Below the pieces are notes generated by a model. It had not been told where the DNA came from. It did no database searches and saw only the letters and a list, made by a program, of their open reading frames with translations. Below are positions 28,195-35,124 of a stretch of DNA of 64,000 nucleotides, piece after piece (the stretch's first letter is position 1; every line of letters starts with the position of its first letter). The stretch lies in the NCBI GenBank assembly GCA_045116295.1, contig JBGULQ010000013.1, positions 3,745 to 67,744 on the forward strand, in the 5' to 3' direction. The DNA is from Alphaproteobacteria bacterium. GTDB taxonomy: Bacteria > Pseudomonadota > Alphaproteobacteria > RF32 > CAG-239. Position numbers and translations under genes: made by a program.

Positions 28195-29815
28195 AACTTT
28201 GGCGTGGAAGAAATTATCGCTCCATTATCGTCTGCATAAAAAAGATGAAATGAGAGATTTATTTGCTAAAGATAAAAATCGTGCTGAGAAGTATACGGTT
28301 AGTTTAGGCAACCTTTATCTTGATTATTCAAAAAACAGAATCAACAGCAAAACAATGCGTTATCTCATTGACTTAACAAAAGAGGTTAAGTTAAAAAGCA
28401 AAATTGAGGCAATGTTTAGCGGTGAAAAAATTAATATTACCGAAAATCGTGCGGTTTTGCACGTGGCGTTGCGTAACCGTCAAAACACACCGATTTATGT
28501 TGATGGTAAAGATGTTATGCCAGAGATTAATGAGGTGCTGGCCAAAATGAAAAAATTTACTGATGCGGTACGTTTCGGCAAGTTTAAGGGGGCTACCGGC
28601 AAAAAACTAACCAATATTGTTAATATCGGAATAGGCGGTTCAGATTTGGGGCCGTTTATGGCGACCACCACACTGAAAGAATATTGGGCTAAAGATATGA
28701 AATGCTATTTTATATCTAATATTGATGGTTCAGCGTGCGAAGATGTTTTGTCAGAAGTTGATCCCGAAACAACGCTTTTTGTTATTGTATCAAAAACGTT
28801 TACAACCATAGAAACTCTTACAAATGCAAAAACTTGTCGTAAATGGCTGGTAGATGCATTGGGAGAACCGGCAGTTGCCAAGCATTTTGTTGCTGTATCA
28901 ACCAATGCGCAAGAAGTGGCAAAATTTGGAATTAATACTGACAATATGTTTGGTTTTTGGAGCTTTGTCGGCGGAAGATATTCTATGTGGTCGGCGGTCG
29001 GGTTGTCAATTGCTCTGATGGTCGGTATGGAAAATTTTGAAAAAATGCTTGATGGGGCGAATGCAATGGATTTGCATTTTAAGAATACCGAATTTGAGCA
29101 TAATATTCCGGTAATATTGGGATTGTTGGGAGTATGGTATAATAATTTCTTTGGCTTTAGAGAGCATGGAGTTATTCCGTATGATCAGGATTTGCGTTTT
29201 TTCCCGAAATATCTGCAACAACTTGATATGGAAAGTAACGGAAAATTTGTTGATGTTAATAAACAGTTTATTAAATATGAAACCGGACCGATTGTTTTTG
29301 GTGGAGCAGGAACAGATGTGCAGCATTCATTTTTCCAGTTGCTTCATCAAGGAACGAAAATTGTGCCGTTGGATTTGATTGTGCCGGCAATTTCTCATAA
29401 TGAAATAGGTGAGCATCATGAGATTTTGGTTGCAAATGCATTGGCTCAAGGAGAAGCTATGATGCGTGGCAAAACTGTTCAAGAGGCCGCGGCAGAGCTT
29501 ACAAAAGCCGGAAAAACAAAAGAAGAAGTGGCAAGACTTAAACGCTATAAGAGTTTTAGAGGAAATCGTCCGACCAATACGATTGTGATTAAAAAACTGG
29601 ATCCATATACGTTGGGTATGTTGGTGGCTATGTATGAGCACAAAGTTTTTGTGCAAGGGGTTATTTGGAACATTGATTCGTTTGATCAGATGGGAGTGGA
29701 ACTCGGAAAACAGTTGGCGTTAGCAATATTGCCTGAGTTGCAGGGAAATACTCGCGGACAGCATGACAGTTCCACCAATAAGTTGATTGAGTTAATCAGA
29801 AAAATCAGGAAATAG
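28175..29815 (+). CDS. pgi: glucose-6-phosphate isomerase
   Basis: 546 aa. IGIGGSDLGP and the VSKTFTTIET, QLLHQG and GVIWNIDSFDQMGVELGK motifs. Confidence 0.95.
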   Translation: MNKAVNKTLAWKKLSLHYRLHKKDEMRDLFAKDKNRAEKYTVSLGNLYLDYSKNRINSKTMRYLIDLTKEVKLKSKIEAMFSGEKINITENRAVLHVALRNRQNTPIYVDGKDVMPEINEVLAKMKKFTDAVRFGKFKGATGKKLTNIVNIGIGGSDLGPFMATTTLKEYWAKDMKCYFISNIDGSACEDVLSEVDPETTLFVIVSKTFTTIETLTNAKTCRKWLVDALGEPAVAKHFVAVSTNAQEVAKFGINTDNMFGFWSFVGGRYSMWSAVGLSIALMVGMENFEKMLDGANAMDLHFKNTEFEHNIPVILGLLGVWYNNFFGFREHGVIPYDQDLRFFPKYLQQLDMESNGKFVDVNKQFIKYETGPIVFGGAGTDVQHSFFQLLHQGTKIVPLDLIVPAISHNEIGEHHEILVANALAQGEAMMRGKTVQEAAAELTKAGKTKEEVARLKRYKSFRGNRPTNTIVIKKLDPYTLGMLVAMYEHKVFVQGVIWNIDSFDQMGVELGKQLALAILPELQGNTRGQHDSSTNKLIELIRKIRK

Positions 29816-29824
29816 GCTTTAACA

Positions 29825-31645
29825 ATGGGTATTCGTATTCTTCCAAACAATCTGGTCAATCAAATAGCTGCGGGTGAGGTGATAGAACGTCCGTCATCTG
29901 TGGTTAAGGAATTGGTGGAAAATGCCATTGATGCAGGTGCGACCTCAATTGAAGTAACACTAGTTGATGGCGGAAAAAGTCTGATTGTGGTGAAAGATAA
30001 CGGAAAAGGCATGAATGCCGATGAATTGGCTTTGGCGGTCAAAAGGCATGCAACATCAAAACTACCCGATGATGATTTGTTTCATGTCAGTTATCTGGGG
30101 TTTAGGGGCGAAGCATTGCCGTCAATTGCCTCGGTTGCCAAGATGTCAATTGTGTCGCGCACAAAAGATGCCGATAACGCATGGAAGATTGAAGTAGTCG
30201 GCGGGGATGAAAAGCCGGTTGTTCCGGTGGCGGCTTCAAAAGGCACAACGATTGAGGTCAGAGATTTGTTTTTTGCAACGCCGGCAAGATTAAAATTTTT
30301 GAAAACAGGAGCCAGCGAAACAGCTCAATGCGTTGATGTGCTTAATCGCATTGCTTTGGCTAATCCGACAGTTTCTTTTTATCTATTTGATGACAAGAAA
30401 AAGCGAATTGCACTGAATGCGTGCCAAGGTGAGCTGTTTGATGCAAGGTTAAAGCGAATAAGTGATGTTATGGGTGGAGAGTTTGGTGAAAACTCATTGT
30501 TGATTGATGCGCATAAAGATGATGTGTCAATCAGCGGTTTTGTCAGCCTTCCGACTTATAACAAGGCTAATTCTTTGTCACAATATTTGTTTGTAAACAA
30601 TCGTCCGGTTAGAGATAAAACTTTGCTCGGAGCTTTGAAAGCGGCATATCAAGGTGTGTTGGAGCTGGGACGATATCCGTTGTGCGCCTTGTTTTTCGAG
30701 GTTAAACCTGAATTGGTCGATGTAAATGTGCATCCGACAAAGGCAGAGGTTAGGTTTTTTGACGCCAATGCAGTCCGCGGGTTGTTGATTAGCACAGTCA
30801 GAAATGCACTTGCTCGTGGCAGTATGCAAACAGCTCAAACAGCTGATTTTTCAAAGATTTTACACGATACTTTGCCAACAGAAGATGGTGCCGGCACAAT
30901 GTTTTTACAAGAGAACTCTGCTCGAGAGTGGAAAACATCGGGCATGAATTTTGCTCCTTATCGTCATAATCCTGTGCGCCGAATGATAGAAGAAGATGTT
31001 ATTCCACAACTGCATAGTACATTTTCGGTCAAAACCGAAGATGTGTCAGAAAATGTCGAGGAATGCGGAGTGTTGGGAATGGCAAAAGCGCAATTTCATA
31101 ACACCTATATTATCTCACAGACTGAGGACAGTGTGATTATTGTTGATCAACACGCAGCTCATGAGCGGATTGTAATGGAGAAGTTTAAGGCTGCTCAAGC
31201 TAAAAAAGAAAAAGTACCGGCGCAAATGTTACTTATTCCGGAAGTGGTGGATTTAGGGTTGGCAGAAAAAACGGCTCTTTTGGAAAATGCTGAGGAACTT
31301 GGAAAACTCGGTTTGGCGCTCGAGGAGTTTGGTCAAACGGCAGTGATTGTACGTGAAGTACCGGCTTTGATTGCGGAGTGTAATGTAAAAGAACTGATAC
31401 ATAATCTGGCGGAGCAAATCAGGGAATGGGGAAAAGATTTTGCTTTGGAAGAAAAAATCAATCATTTTTGCGCAACAATGGCTTGTCATGGTTCGGTGCG
31501 GGCAGGGCGAAGTCTGAATTTGGCTGAAATGAACAGATTGTTGCGAGATATGGAAAAAACACCGAACTCAGGGCAATGCAATCATGGACGTCCGACTTAT
31601 ATTGAATTAAAGTTAAAGGATATTGATAAATTGTTTCATCGATAA
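29825..31645 (+). CDS. mutL: DNA mismatch repair protein MutL
   Basis: NQIAAGEVIERPSSVVKELVENAIDAG, VKDNGKGM and the C-terminal CNHGRPT motif. Confidence 0.95.
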   Translation: MGIRILPNNLVNQIAAGEVIERPSSVVKELVENAIDAGATSIEVTLVDGGKSLIVVKDNGKGMNADELALAVKRHATSKLPDDDLFHVSYLGFRGEALPSIASVAKMSIVSRTKDADNAWKIEVVGGDEKPVVPVAASKGTTIEVRDLFFATPARLKFLKTGASETAQCVDVLNRIALANPTVSFYLFDDKKKRIALNACQGELFDARLKRISDVMGGEFGENSLLIDAHKDDVSISGFVSLPTYNKANSLSQYLFVNNRPVRDKTLLGALKAAYQGVLELGRYPLCALFFEVKPELVDVNVHPTKAEVRFFDANAVRGLLISTVRNALARGSMQTAQTADFSKILHDTLPTEDGAGTMFLQENSAREWKTSGMNFAPYRHNPVRRMIEEDVIPQLHSTFSVKTEDVSENVEECGVLGMAKAQFHNTYIISQTEDSVIIVDQHAAHERIVMEKFKAAQAKKEKVPAQMLLIPEVVDLGLAEKTALLENAEELGKLGLALEEFGQTAVIVREVPALIAECNVKELIHNLAEQIREWGKDFALEEKINHFCATMACHGSVRAGRSLNLAEMNRLLRDMEKTPNSGQCNHGRPTYIELKLKDIDKLFHR

Positions 31646-31698
31646 TGTTTTTTGGCTTGACAGTTGGAATTATATTTTGTAAAACCTCTTAAGTCGAT

Positions 31699-31776
31699 GG
31701 CGAAAGTAGCTCAGTTGGTTAGAGTGTCGGTTTGTGGTACCGAATGTCGTGAGTTCGAGTCTCATCTTTCGCCCCA
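31699..31776 (+). tRNA. tRNA-His (anticodon GTG) with genome-encoded G-1
   Basis: GGCGAAAG/CTTTCGCC forms an 8-bp acceptor including G-1:C73. Anticodon stem-loop TCGGT-TTGTGGT-ACCGA, T-loop TTCGAGT, encoded CCA. Confidence 0.9.
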
Positions 31777-31782
31777 ATAAAA

Positions 31783-31805
31783 AAGCCGCCCCACAAGGGC
31801 GGCTT
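31783..31805. terminator. bidirectional terminator
   Basis: AAGCCGCCC-CACAA-GGGCGGCTT flanked by an A-run and a T-run. It lies between tRNA-His (+) and the MORN gene (-). Confidence 0.7.
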
Positions 31806-31819
31806 TATACGTGGTCAGG

Positions 31820-32296
31820 TTATCGATGTCTTTGGAAACGTTGTTTTAAGATAGCCATAGATACTTCAAATACTTTTTGTTTTTTACCTTTTTTAAGTAA
31901 GGTCTTATTTTTTTTATTTCCTTTTTCTACATGTTTTCGAGCGACTGCTTTGAGGGCTCTATAAAACTCCATGCCTTTGGGGTGGTGTGTCATATTGCCG
32001 TTTTCATCAAACATCCAGACATTGTGTCCGTCTGAGAAATCCTTGCTTTTGAGAGTTCCGTCTTCGTACCATTCATGTACAATATTGTTAGGAAGAAATT
32101 CTACTTTCATATTTCCGTTTTCGTACCACAAACGCCATGTGTTGTCAGGGAGTAGTTCTTCTCGCATTTGTCCGTTTTTATACCATGAATGAAAAGTGCC
32201 GTTAGGAAGCTCTTCTGTTTTAATGTTTCCGTTGTCATAATAGGTTCGACATACATCTTCTGTTCTTTGAAGTTGATTTTGTTGGGATCCTGTCAT
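31820..32296 (-). CDS. MORN-variant (YwqK-like) repeat protein with basic C-terminal tail
   Basis: Four and a half 19-aa repeats of the form WY-x-NG-x4-E-x-LP-x-N (YYDNGNIKTEELPNGTFHS, WYKNGQMREELLPDNTWRL, WYENGNMKVEFLPNNIVHE, WYEDGTLKSKDFSDGHNVW). The tail reads KGNKKNKTLLKKGKKQK. Confidence 0.7.
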   Translation of the reverse strand: MTGSQQNQLQRTEDVCRTYYDNGNIKTEELPNGTFHSWYKNGQMREELLPDNTWRLWYENGNMKVEFLPNNIVHEWYEDGTLKSKDFSDGHNVWMFDENGNMTHHPKGMEFYRALKAVARKHVEKGNKKNKTLLKKGKKQKVFEVSMAILKQRFQRHR

Positions 32297-32327
32297 GTTT
32301 TTATTCCTACCTATTATTAATGTTTAT

Positions 32328-32356
32328 ATGCTATCATAGAATTATGTTTGGCGCAA
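32328..32356 (-). promoter_or_regulatory. sigma70-type promoter of the MORN gene
   Basis: The minus strand reads TTGCGC, a 17-nt spacer, then TAGCAT, with a TGA extended -10. Confidence 0.45.
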
Positions 32357-32414
32357 GTGTTTTTTGTCTATTATTGCGAGCCAAAATAAAAGGTTATCAA
32401 GGGGATGATAATGA

Positions 32415-32442
32415 TTGACTTGTAAAAACTTTGTGTTAGTAT
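32415..32442 (+). promoter_or_regulatory. sigma70-type promoter of the 82-aa coiled-coil gene
   Basis: TTGACT, a 16-nt spacer, then TAGTAT, with a TGT extended -10. Confidence 0.5.
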
Positions 32443-32490
32443 GCGGTCAGCAAATCATTATTATTCACTTATTTAAAAAACAATTATTTT

Positions 32491-32739
32491 ATGACAAATT
32501 TTAAGACACCTGCTCCAGCACCATCACAGGAACCGACATTATTTCCGACTTATGATCAGCTGGTGCAAGAAAATGCAGACTTGAAGCAACAAATTGCGGA
32601 TTTGGAGCAACAAATTGAAGATTTGAAGCAACAAAATGCAAAATTGGAGAAAGATGCTGCACTTTGGGAGAGCCGCTATGATGAGGAGAGTGCTGAAAAC
32701 TGTAAACTAAGGCGCGAGCTTGCTGTTTTGGAGGAGTGA
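32491..32739 (+). CDS. small coiled-coil protein
   Basis: 82 aa with a Pro-rich N-terminus, then the heptads DLKQQIA/DLEQQIE/DLKQQNA. Confidence 0.55.
   Translation: MTNFKTPAPAPSQEPTLFPTYDQLVQENADLKQQIADLEQQIEDLKQQNAKLEKDAALWESRYDEESAENCKLRRELAVLEE
32578..32640 (+). repeat. 3 x 21-bp in-frame tandem repeat
   Basis: GACTTGAAGCAACAAATTGCG / GATTTGGAGCAACAAATTGAA / GATTTGAAGCAACAAAATGCA. Confidence 0.85.
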
Positions 32740-32797
32740 TTTCATTTTCGCACAAGTTTGCTGAAATGAGAATTTGTTGCCTGAGTAACACGAGATG

Positions 32798-32833
32798 AGA
32801 AAACGGGAAAAACGCAAGTTTTTTCCGTTTTCT
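32798..32833 (+). terminator. long stem-loop terminator
   Basis: AGAAAACGGGAAAAAC-GCAA-GTTTTTTCCGTTTTCT forms a 16-bp stem with 1 mismatch. Confidence 0.55.
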
Positions 32834-32899
32834 TATGTAATAAAGATAATTTTTGTTGCTTTTAGTAAAAATAAGACTATAAAATTTATACTCGATAAT

Positions 32900-32973
32900 G
32901 CGAGTATAATTCAATGGTAGAATGAGAGCTTCCCAAGCTTTAAATGCGGGTTCGATTCCCGTTACTCGCTCCA
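32900..32973 (+). tRNA. tRNA-Gly (anticodon CCC)
   Basis: Hand-folded. Acceptor GCGAGTA/TACTCGC, anticodon stem-loop AGAGC-TTCCCAA-GCTTT, T-arm GCGGG-TTCGATT-CCCGT, encoded CCA. Confidence 0.9.
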
Positions 32974-33002
32974 TTTTTTTACTTTGACTGGGAGGACTAT
33001 AA

Positions 33003-33392
33003 ATGAAAAAGTTATTTGCATTATTGTTGGCGGCCGGTTGCTTGACAGCGTTTCAGGCTAAGGCTGATTTGGTCAGTGCGGCTACCAAAGCTCAAAATAA
33101 AATTGACAGTGCAACCGCAACTGTTGAAAATACAAAGGCTTCTGTAGCTGATGCTCAGACTGAGGCAACTCAAAAAGCCGAAGCCAAAAAACAAGCAGTA
33201 AGAGATAAGGTGGCTGCTAAAAAGGCTGAGGTGCAGGCAAAGAAGAAAGAAATAAGAAATAAAATTGAGGCCAAAAAAGCTGAAAATGAAGCTAAAAAAG
33301 CTGAAAATGAAGCTAAAAAAGCTGAGCAAAAAAAAGCCGTTGAAGATACTAAAAACAGCATAAATAATTTGAAAAACGCTTTTACAAAATAA
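33003..33392 (+). CDS. secreted Ala/Lys/Glu-rich coiled-coil protein
   Basis: Signal peptide MKKLFALLLAAGCLTAFQAKA|DL. The mature part is low-complexity helical, with AKKAENE repeated. A GGAGG lies 8 nt before the ATG. Confidence 0.65.
   Translation: MKKLFALLLAAGCLTAFQAKADLVSAATKAQNKIDSATATVENTKASVADAQTEATQKAEAKKQAVRDKVAAKKAEVQAKKKEIRNKIEAKKAENEAKKAENEAKKAEQKKAVEDTKNSINNLKNAFTK
33279..33325 (+). repeat. about 2.2 x 21-bp in-frame tandem repeat
   Basis: GCTGAAAATGAAGCTAAAAAA occurs at 33279 and 33300, and a third copy starts at 33321. Confidence 0.85.
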
Positions 33393-33413
33393 ATTTAGAT
33401 GTACTAGGACACG

Positions 33414-33442
33414 ACAGCCCCTCCGCAAGGAGAGGCTGTTTT
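33414..33442 (+). terminator. terminator, module A
   Basis: ACAGCCCCTCC-GCAA-GGAGAGGCTGT followed by TTTT. Confidence 0.65.
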
Positions 33443-33463
33443 GATGTGTGAGGATTTTTTTTG

Positions 33464-33492
33464 TTGACGTTTTGTCAAAATTGTGCTAGTAT
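33464..33492 (+). promoter_or_regulatory. promoter, module A, with -35-embedded dyad
   Basis: TTGACG, a 17-nt spacer, then TAGTAT, with a TGC extended -10. The dyad TTGACGTTTTGTCAA lies at 33464-33478. Confidence 0.6.
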
Positions 33493-33539
33493 TAGACTCG
33501 ATATTTTGAATTATTAACCTTATAATTATATGAAGCTTT

Positions 33540-33989
33540 ATGGAGATGTTAAAGAATGTTTTATGGGCAATTGGTGATGATATCCGCATCATTGCTAAAG
33601 TTCTCAAGCCACTGGCACGATGGAAGTTTGAGGTTCTGGGTATTATTGGATTATTACCGTTGTTTGGGCGAATCTTTGATATGAATCAAATACCGGAACC
33701 AATGTGGTATGCTGTTGTAATCGGCATACTTTTAGCGGTATGGTTTGTAGTCTGCTACTTCGAGGCTTGGGGAGAACTGGGTTGGGACCTTACTTTTTTA
33801 GGGTTTAAGATTGTTCCCATATTCGTCTGGGCTTATTGGCTCGGCGCGGCGGCAAAGTACTGGCTGCATGCACCGAACTGGTTGCACTATGCAATCCTAG
33901 CACTTCCGGTGTATGTTTTGGTATGGCATATGGGGAAAGCATACTGCAACCACATCAATAAAAAAATGGATGAGCTCAGAAAAAGTTAG
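33540..33989 (+). CDS. small polytopic membrane protein, array paralogue 1
   Basis: 149 aa with 3-4 hydrophobic helices. It shares the ordered motifs PMWYAV, WAYWLG and ILALPVYV with paralogues 2 and 3. Confidence 0.65.
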   Translation: MEMLKNVLWAIGDDIRIIAKVLKPLARWKFEVLGIIGLLPLFGRIFDMNQIPEPMWYAVVIGILLAVWFVVCYFEAWGELGWDLTFLGFKIVPIFVWAYWLGAAAKYWLHAPNWLHYAILALPVYVLVWHMGKAYCNHINKKMDELRKS

Positions 33990-34003
33990 TAATTTTCTTA
34001 ATA

Positions 34004-34040
34004 CCGAAACCGCCTCTCCGTAAAGAAGGGGCGGTTTTGG
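34004..34040 (+). terminator. terminator, module B (repeat copy 1)
   Basis: CCGAAACCGCCTCTCC-GTAAA-GAAGGGGCGGTTTTGG. Confidence 0.7.
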
Positions 34041-34058
34041 TTATGGAAGATTTTTTTG

Positions 34059-34087
34059 TTGACGTTTTGTCAACAAGGTGTTAGCAT
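34059..34087 (+). promoter_or_regulatory. promoter, module B, with -35-embedded dyad
   Basis: TTGACG, a 17-nt spacer, then TAGCAT. The dyad TTGACGTTTTGTCAA lies at 34059-34073. Confidence 0.6.
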
Positions 34088-34116
34088 GACGGTAAAATTT
34101 AATTATTCTTAAAATT

Positions 34117-34467
34117 ATGGAAAGATTCTTACATTATTTATCTCGGAATAAGAACGGAATTGTGTACGTTCTTTTGGTTGTTGCACTAGTAGGCATGGCA
34201 GTAATGTCGTACAGACAACGTGCCGGATTGGAGTGGTACGCAGTGGCTATAATCGTGATGTATCTGGTGGCAGGCATCATGATGGAGTTCCATAAGAAAT
34301 TGGCAAATGTTCTTATGGTAATTGCGTTGAGCAGTGTTTATGCGTATTGGCTGACAATTGCCTGCAGTAGCGTGAATGTTGCGGCTGTTACCTATGTTAT
34401 ATCAGCTCTGCCGTTTGTTGTGGCGGCTGTGTACTGGTATCTGAGTGAGCGTAAAGTTTGCACATAA
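34117..34467 (+). CDS. small polytopic membrane protein, array paralogue 2
   Basis: 116 aa with motifs LEWYAV, YAYWLT and ISALPFVV. Confidence 0.65.
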   Translation: MERFLHYLSRNKNGIVYVLLVVALVGMAVMSYRQRAGLEWYAVAIIVMYLVAGIMMEFHKKLANVLMVIALSSVYAYWLTIACSSVNVAAVTYVISALPFVVAAVYWYLSERKVCT

Positions 34468-34478
34468 AGAGACTTGAA

Positions 34479-34515
34479 CCGAAACCGCCTCTCCGTAAAG
34501 GAGGGGCGGTTTTGG
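34479..34515 (+). terminator. terminator, module C (repeat copy 2)
   Basis: CCGAAACCGCCTCTCC-GTAAA-GGAGGGGCGGTTTTGG. Confidence 0.7.
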
Positions 34516-34531
34516 TTATGATAAAAAAATG

Positions 34532-34560
34532 TTGACATTTTGTCAATATTGCGATAGTAT
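34532..34560 (+). promoter_or_regulatory. promoter, module C, with perfect -35-embedded dyad
   Basis: TTGACA, a 17-nt spacer, then TAGTAT. The dyad TTGACA-TTT-TGTCAA lies at 34532-34546. Confidence 0.6.
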
Positions 34561-34595
34561 AAGAACAAATAACATTATTAACTAATTATTGTAAT

Positions 34596-34994
34596 ATGGA
34601 AACGAAAAAAGTTTTAAAAATCGTTTGGAAGGACATTTGCAATGTTGCAAAATTTGTAGGTAATCTTCTCGTCGCTGTATTTGTTTATGGCGGGATATTA
34701 ATTGCAATAATGTCATTGATACTGTGCATGGCCAAAGGTTTACCATCACCGGAATGGTATGGTGCGATTAGCTCATTCCTAGTTGTCGTATGTTTGCTAC
34801 TAGAATTGACAGAGGTAATATCGGATAAAAACTATTGGTCAGGTATAGAAATGGTTTTGCTATCGGCCATATGGTCGTATTGGATTGCTATGATCAGTGA
34901 ATGGTATGTCATTCTGGCAATTCCAATTCTCGTTGCTTTGTATTATGTGGGAAATGCATATATAAAGCACGTGAAGAAGGAGCTAGAAAAATAA
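34596..34994 (+). CDS. small polytopic membrane protein, array paralogue 3
   Basis: 132 aa with motifs PEWYGA, WSYWIA and ILAIPILV. The N- and C-termini resemble paralogue 1 (AYIKHVKKELEK versus AYCNHINKKMDELRKS). Confidence 0.65.
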   Translation: METKKVLKIVWKDICNVAKFVGNLLVAVFVYGGILIAIMSLILCMAKGLPSPEWYGAISSFLVVVCLLLELTEVISDKNYWSGIEMVLLSAIWSYWIAMISEWYVILAIPILVALYYVGNAYIKHVKKELEK

Positions 34995-35003
34995 CTATTA
35001 ATA

Positions 35004-35040
35004 CCGAAACCGCCTCTCCGTAAAGGAGGGGCGGTTTTGG
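35004..35040 (+). terminator. terminator, module D (repeat copy 3)
   Basis: Identical to copy 2, and the flanking ATA...GTTATGG is identical to copy 1. Confidence 0.7.
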
Positions 35041-35059
35041 TTATGGTAAATATCGAGTC

Positions 35060-35089
35060 TTGACATAAAAGGATTTTTGATGATAGATT
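35060..35089 (+). promoter_or_regulatory. promoter, module D (no dyad)
   Basis: TTGACA, an 18-nt spacer, then TAGATT, with a TGA extended -10. Confidence 0.45.
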
Positions 35090-35124
35090 CTGCGTATCAG
35101 TTTGATTATTATCAATATTATTTT

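Noticed and set aside
32501-32974. 157-aa minus-strand ORF
   Set aside because: It runs antisense through the coiled-coil gene, its terminator and the whole tRNA-Gly(CCC) gene. It is an artefact of the stop-poor antisense frame.
33999-35046. Reading the 43-nt repeats as integron attC sites or as a CRISPR array
   Set aside because: The repeat ends (CCGAAAC...GTTTTGG) do not fit the attC R''/R' cores RYYYAAC/GTTRRRY. No IntI gene or attI is present. The spacers are 440-480 bp long, encode proteins and carry their own promoters, unlike CRISPR spacers. The hairpin plus T-run is best explained as an intrinsic terminator.
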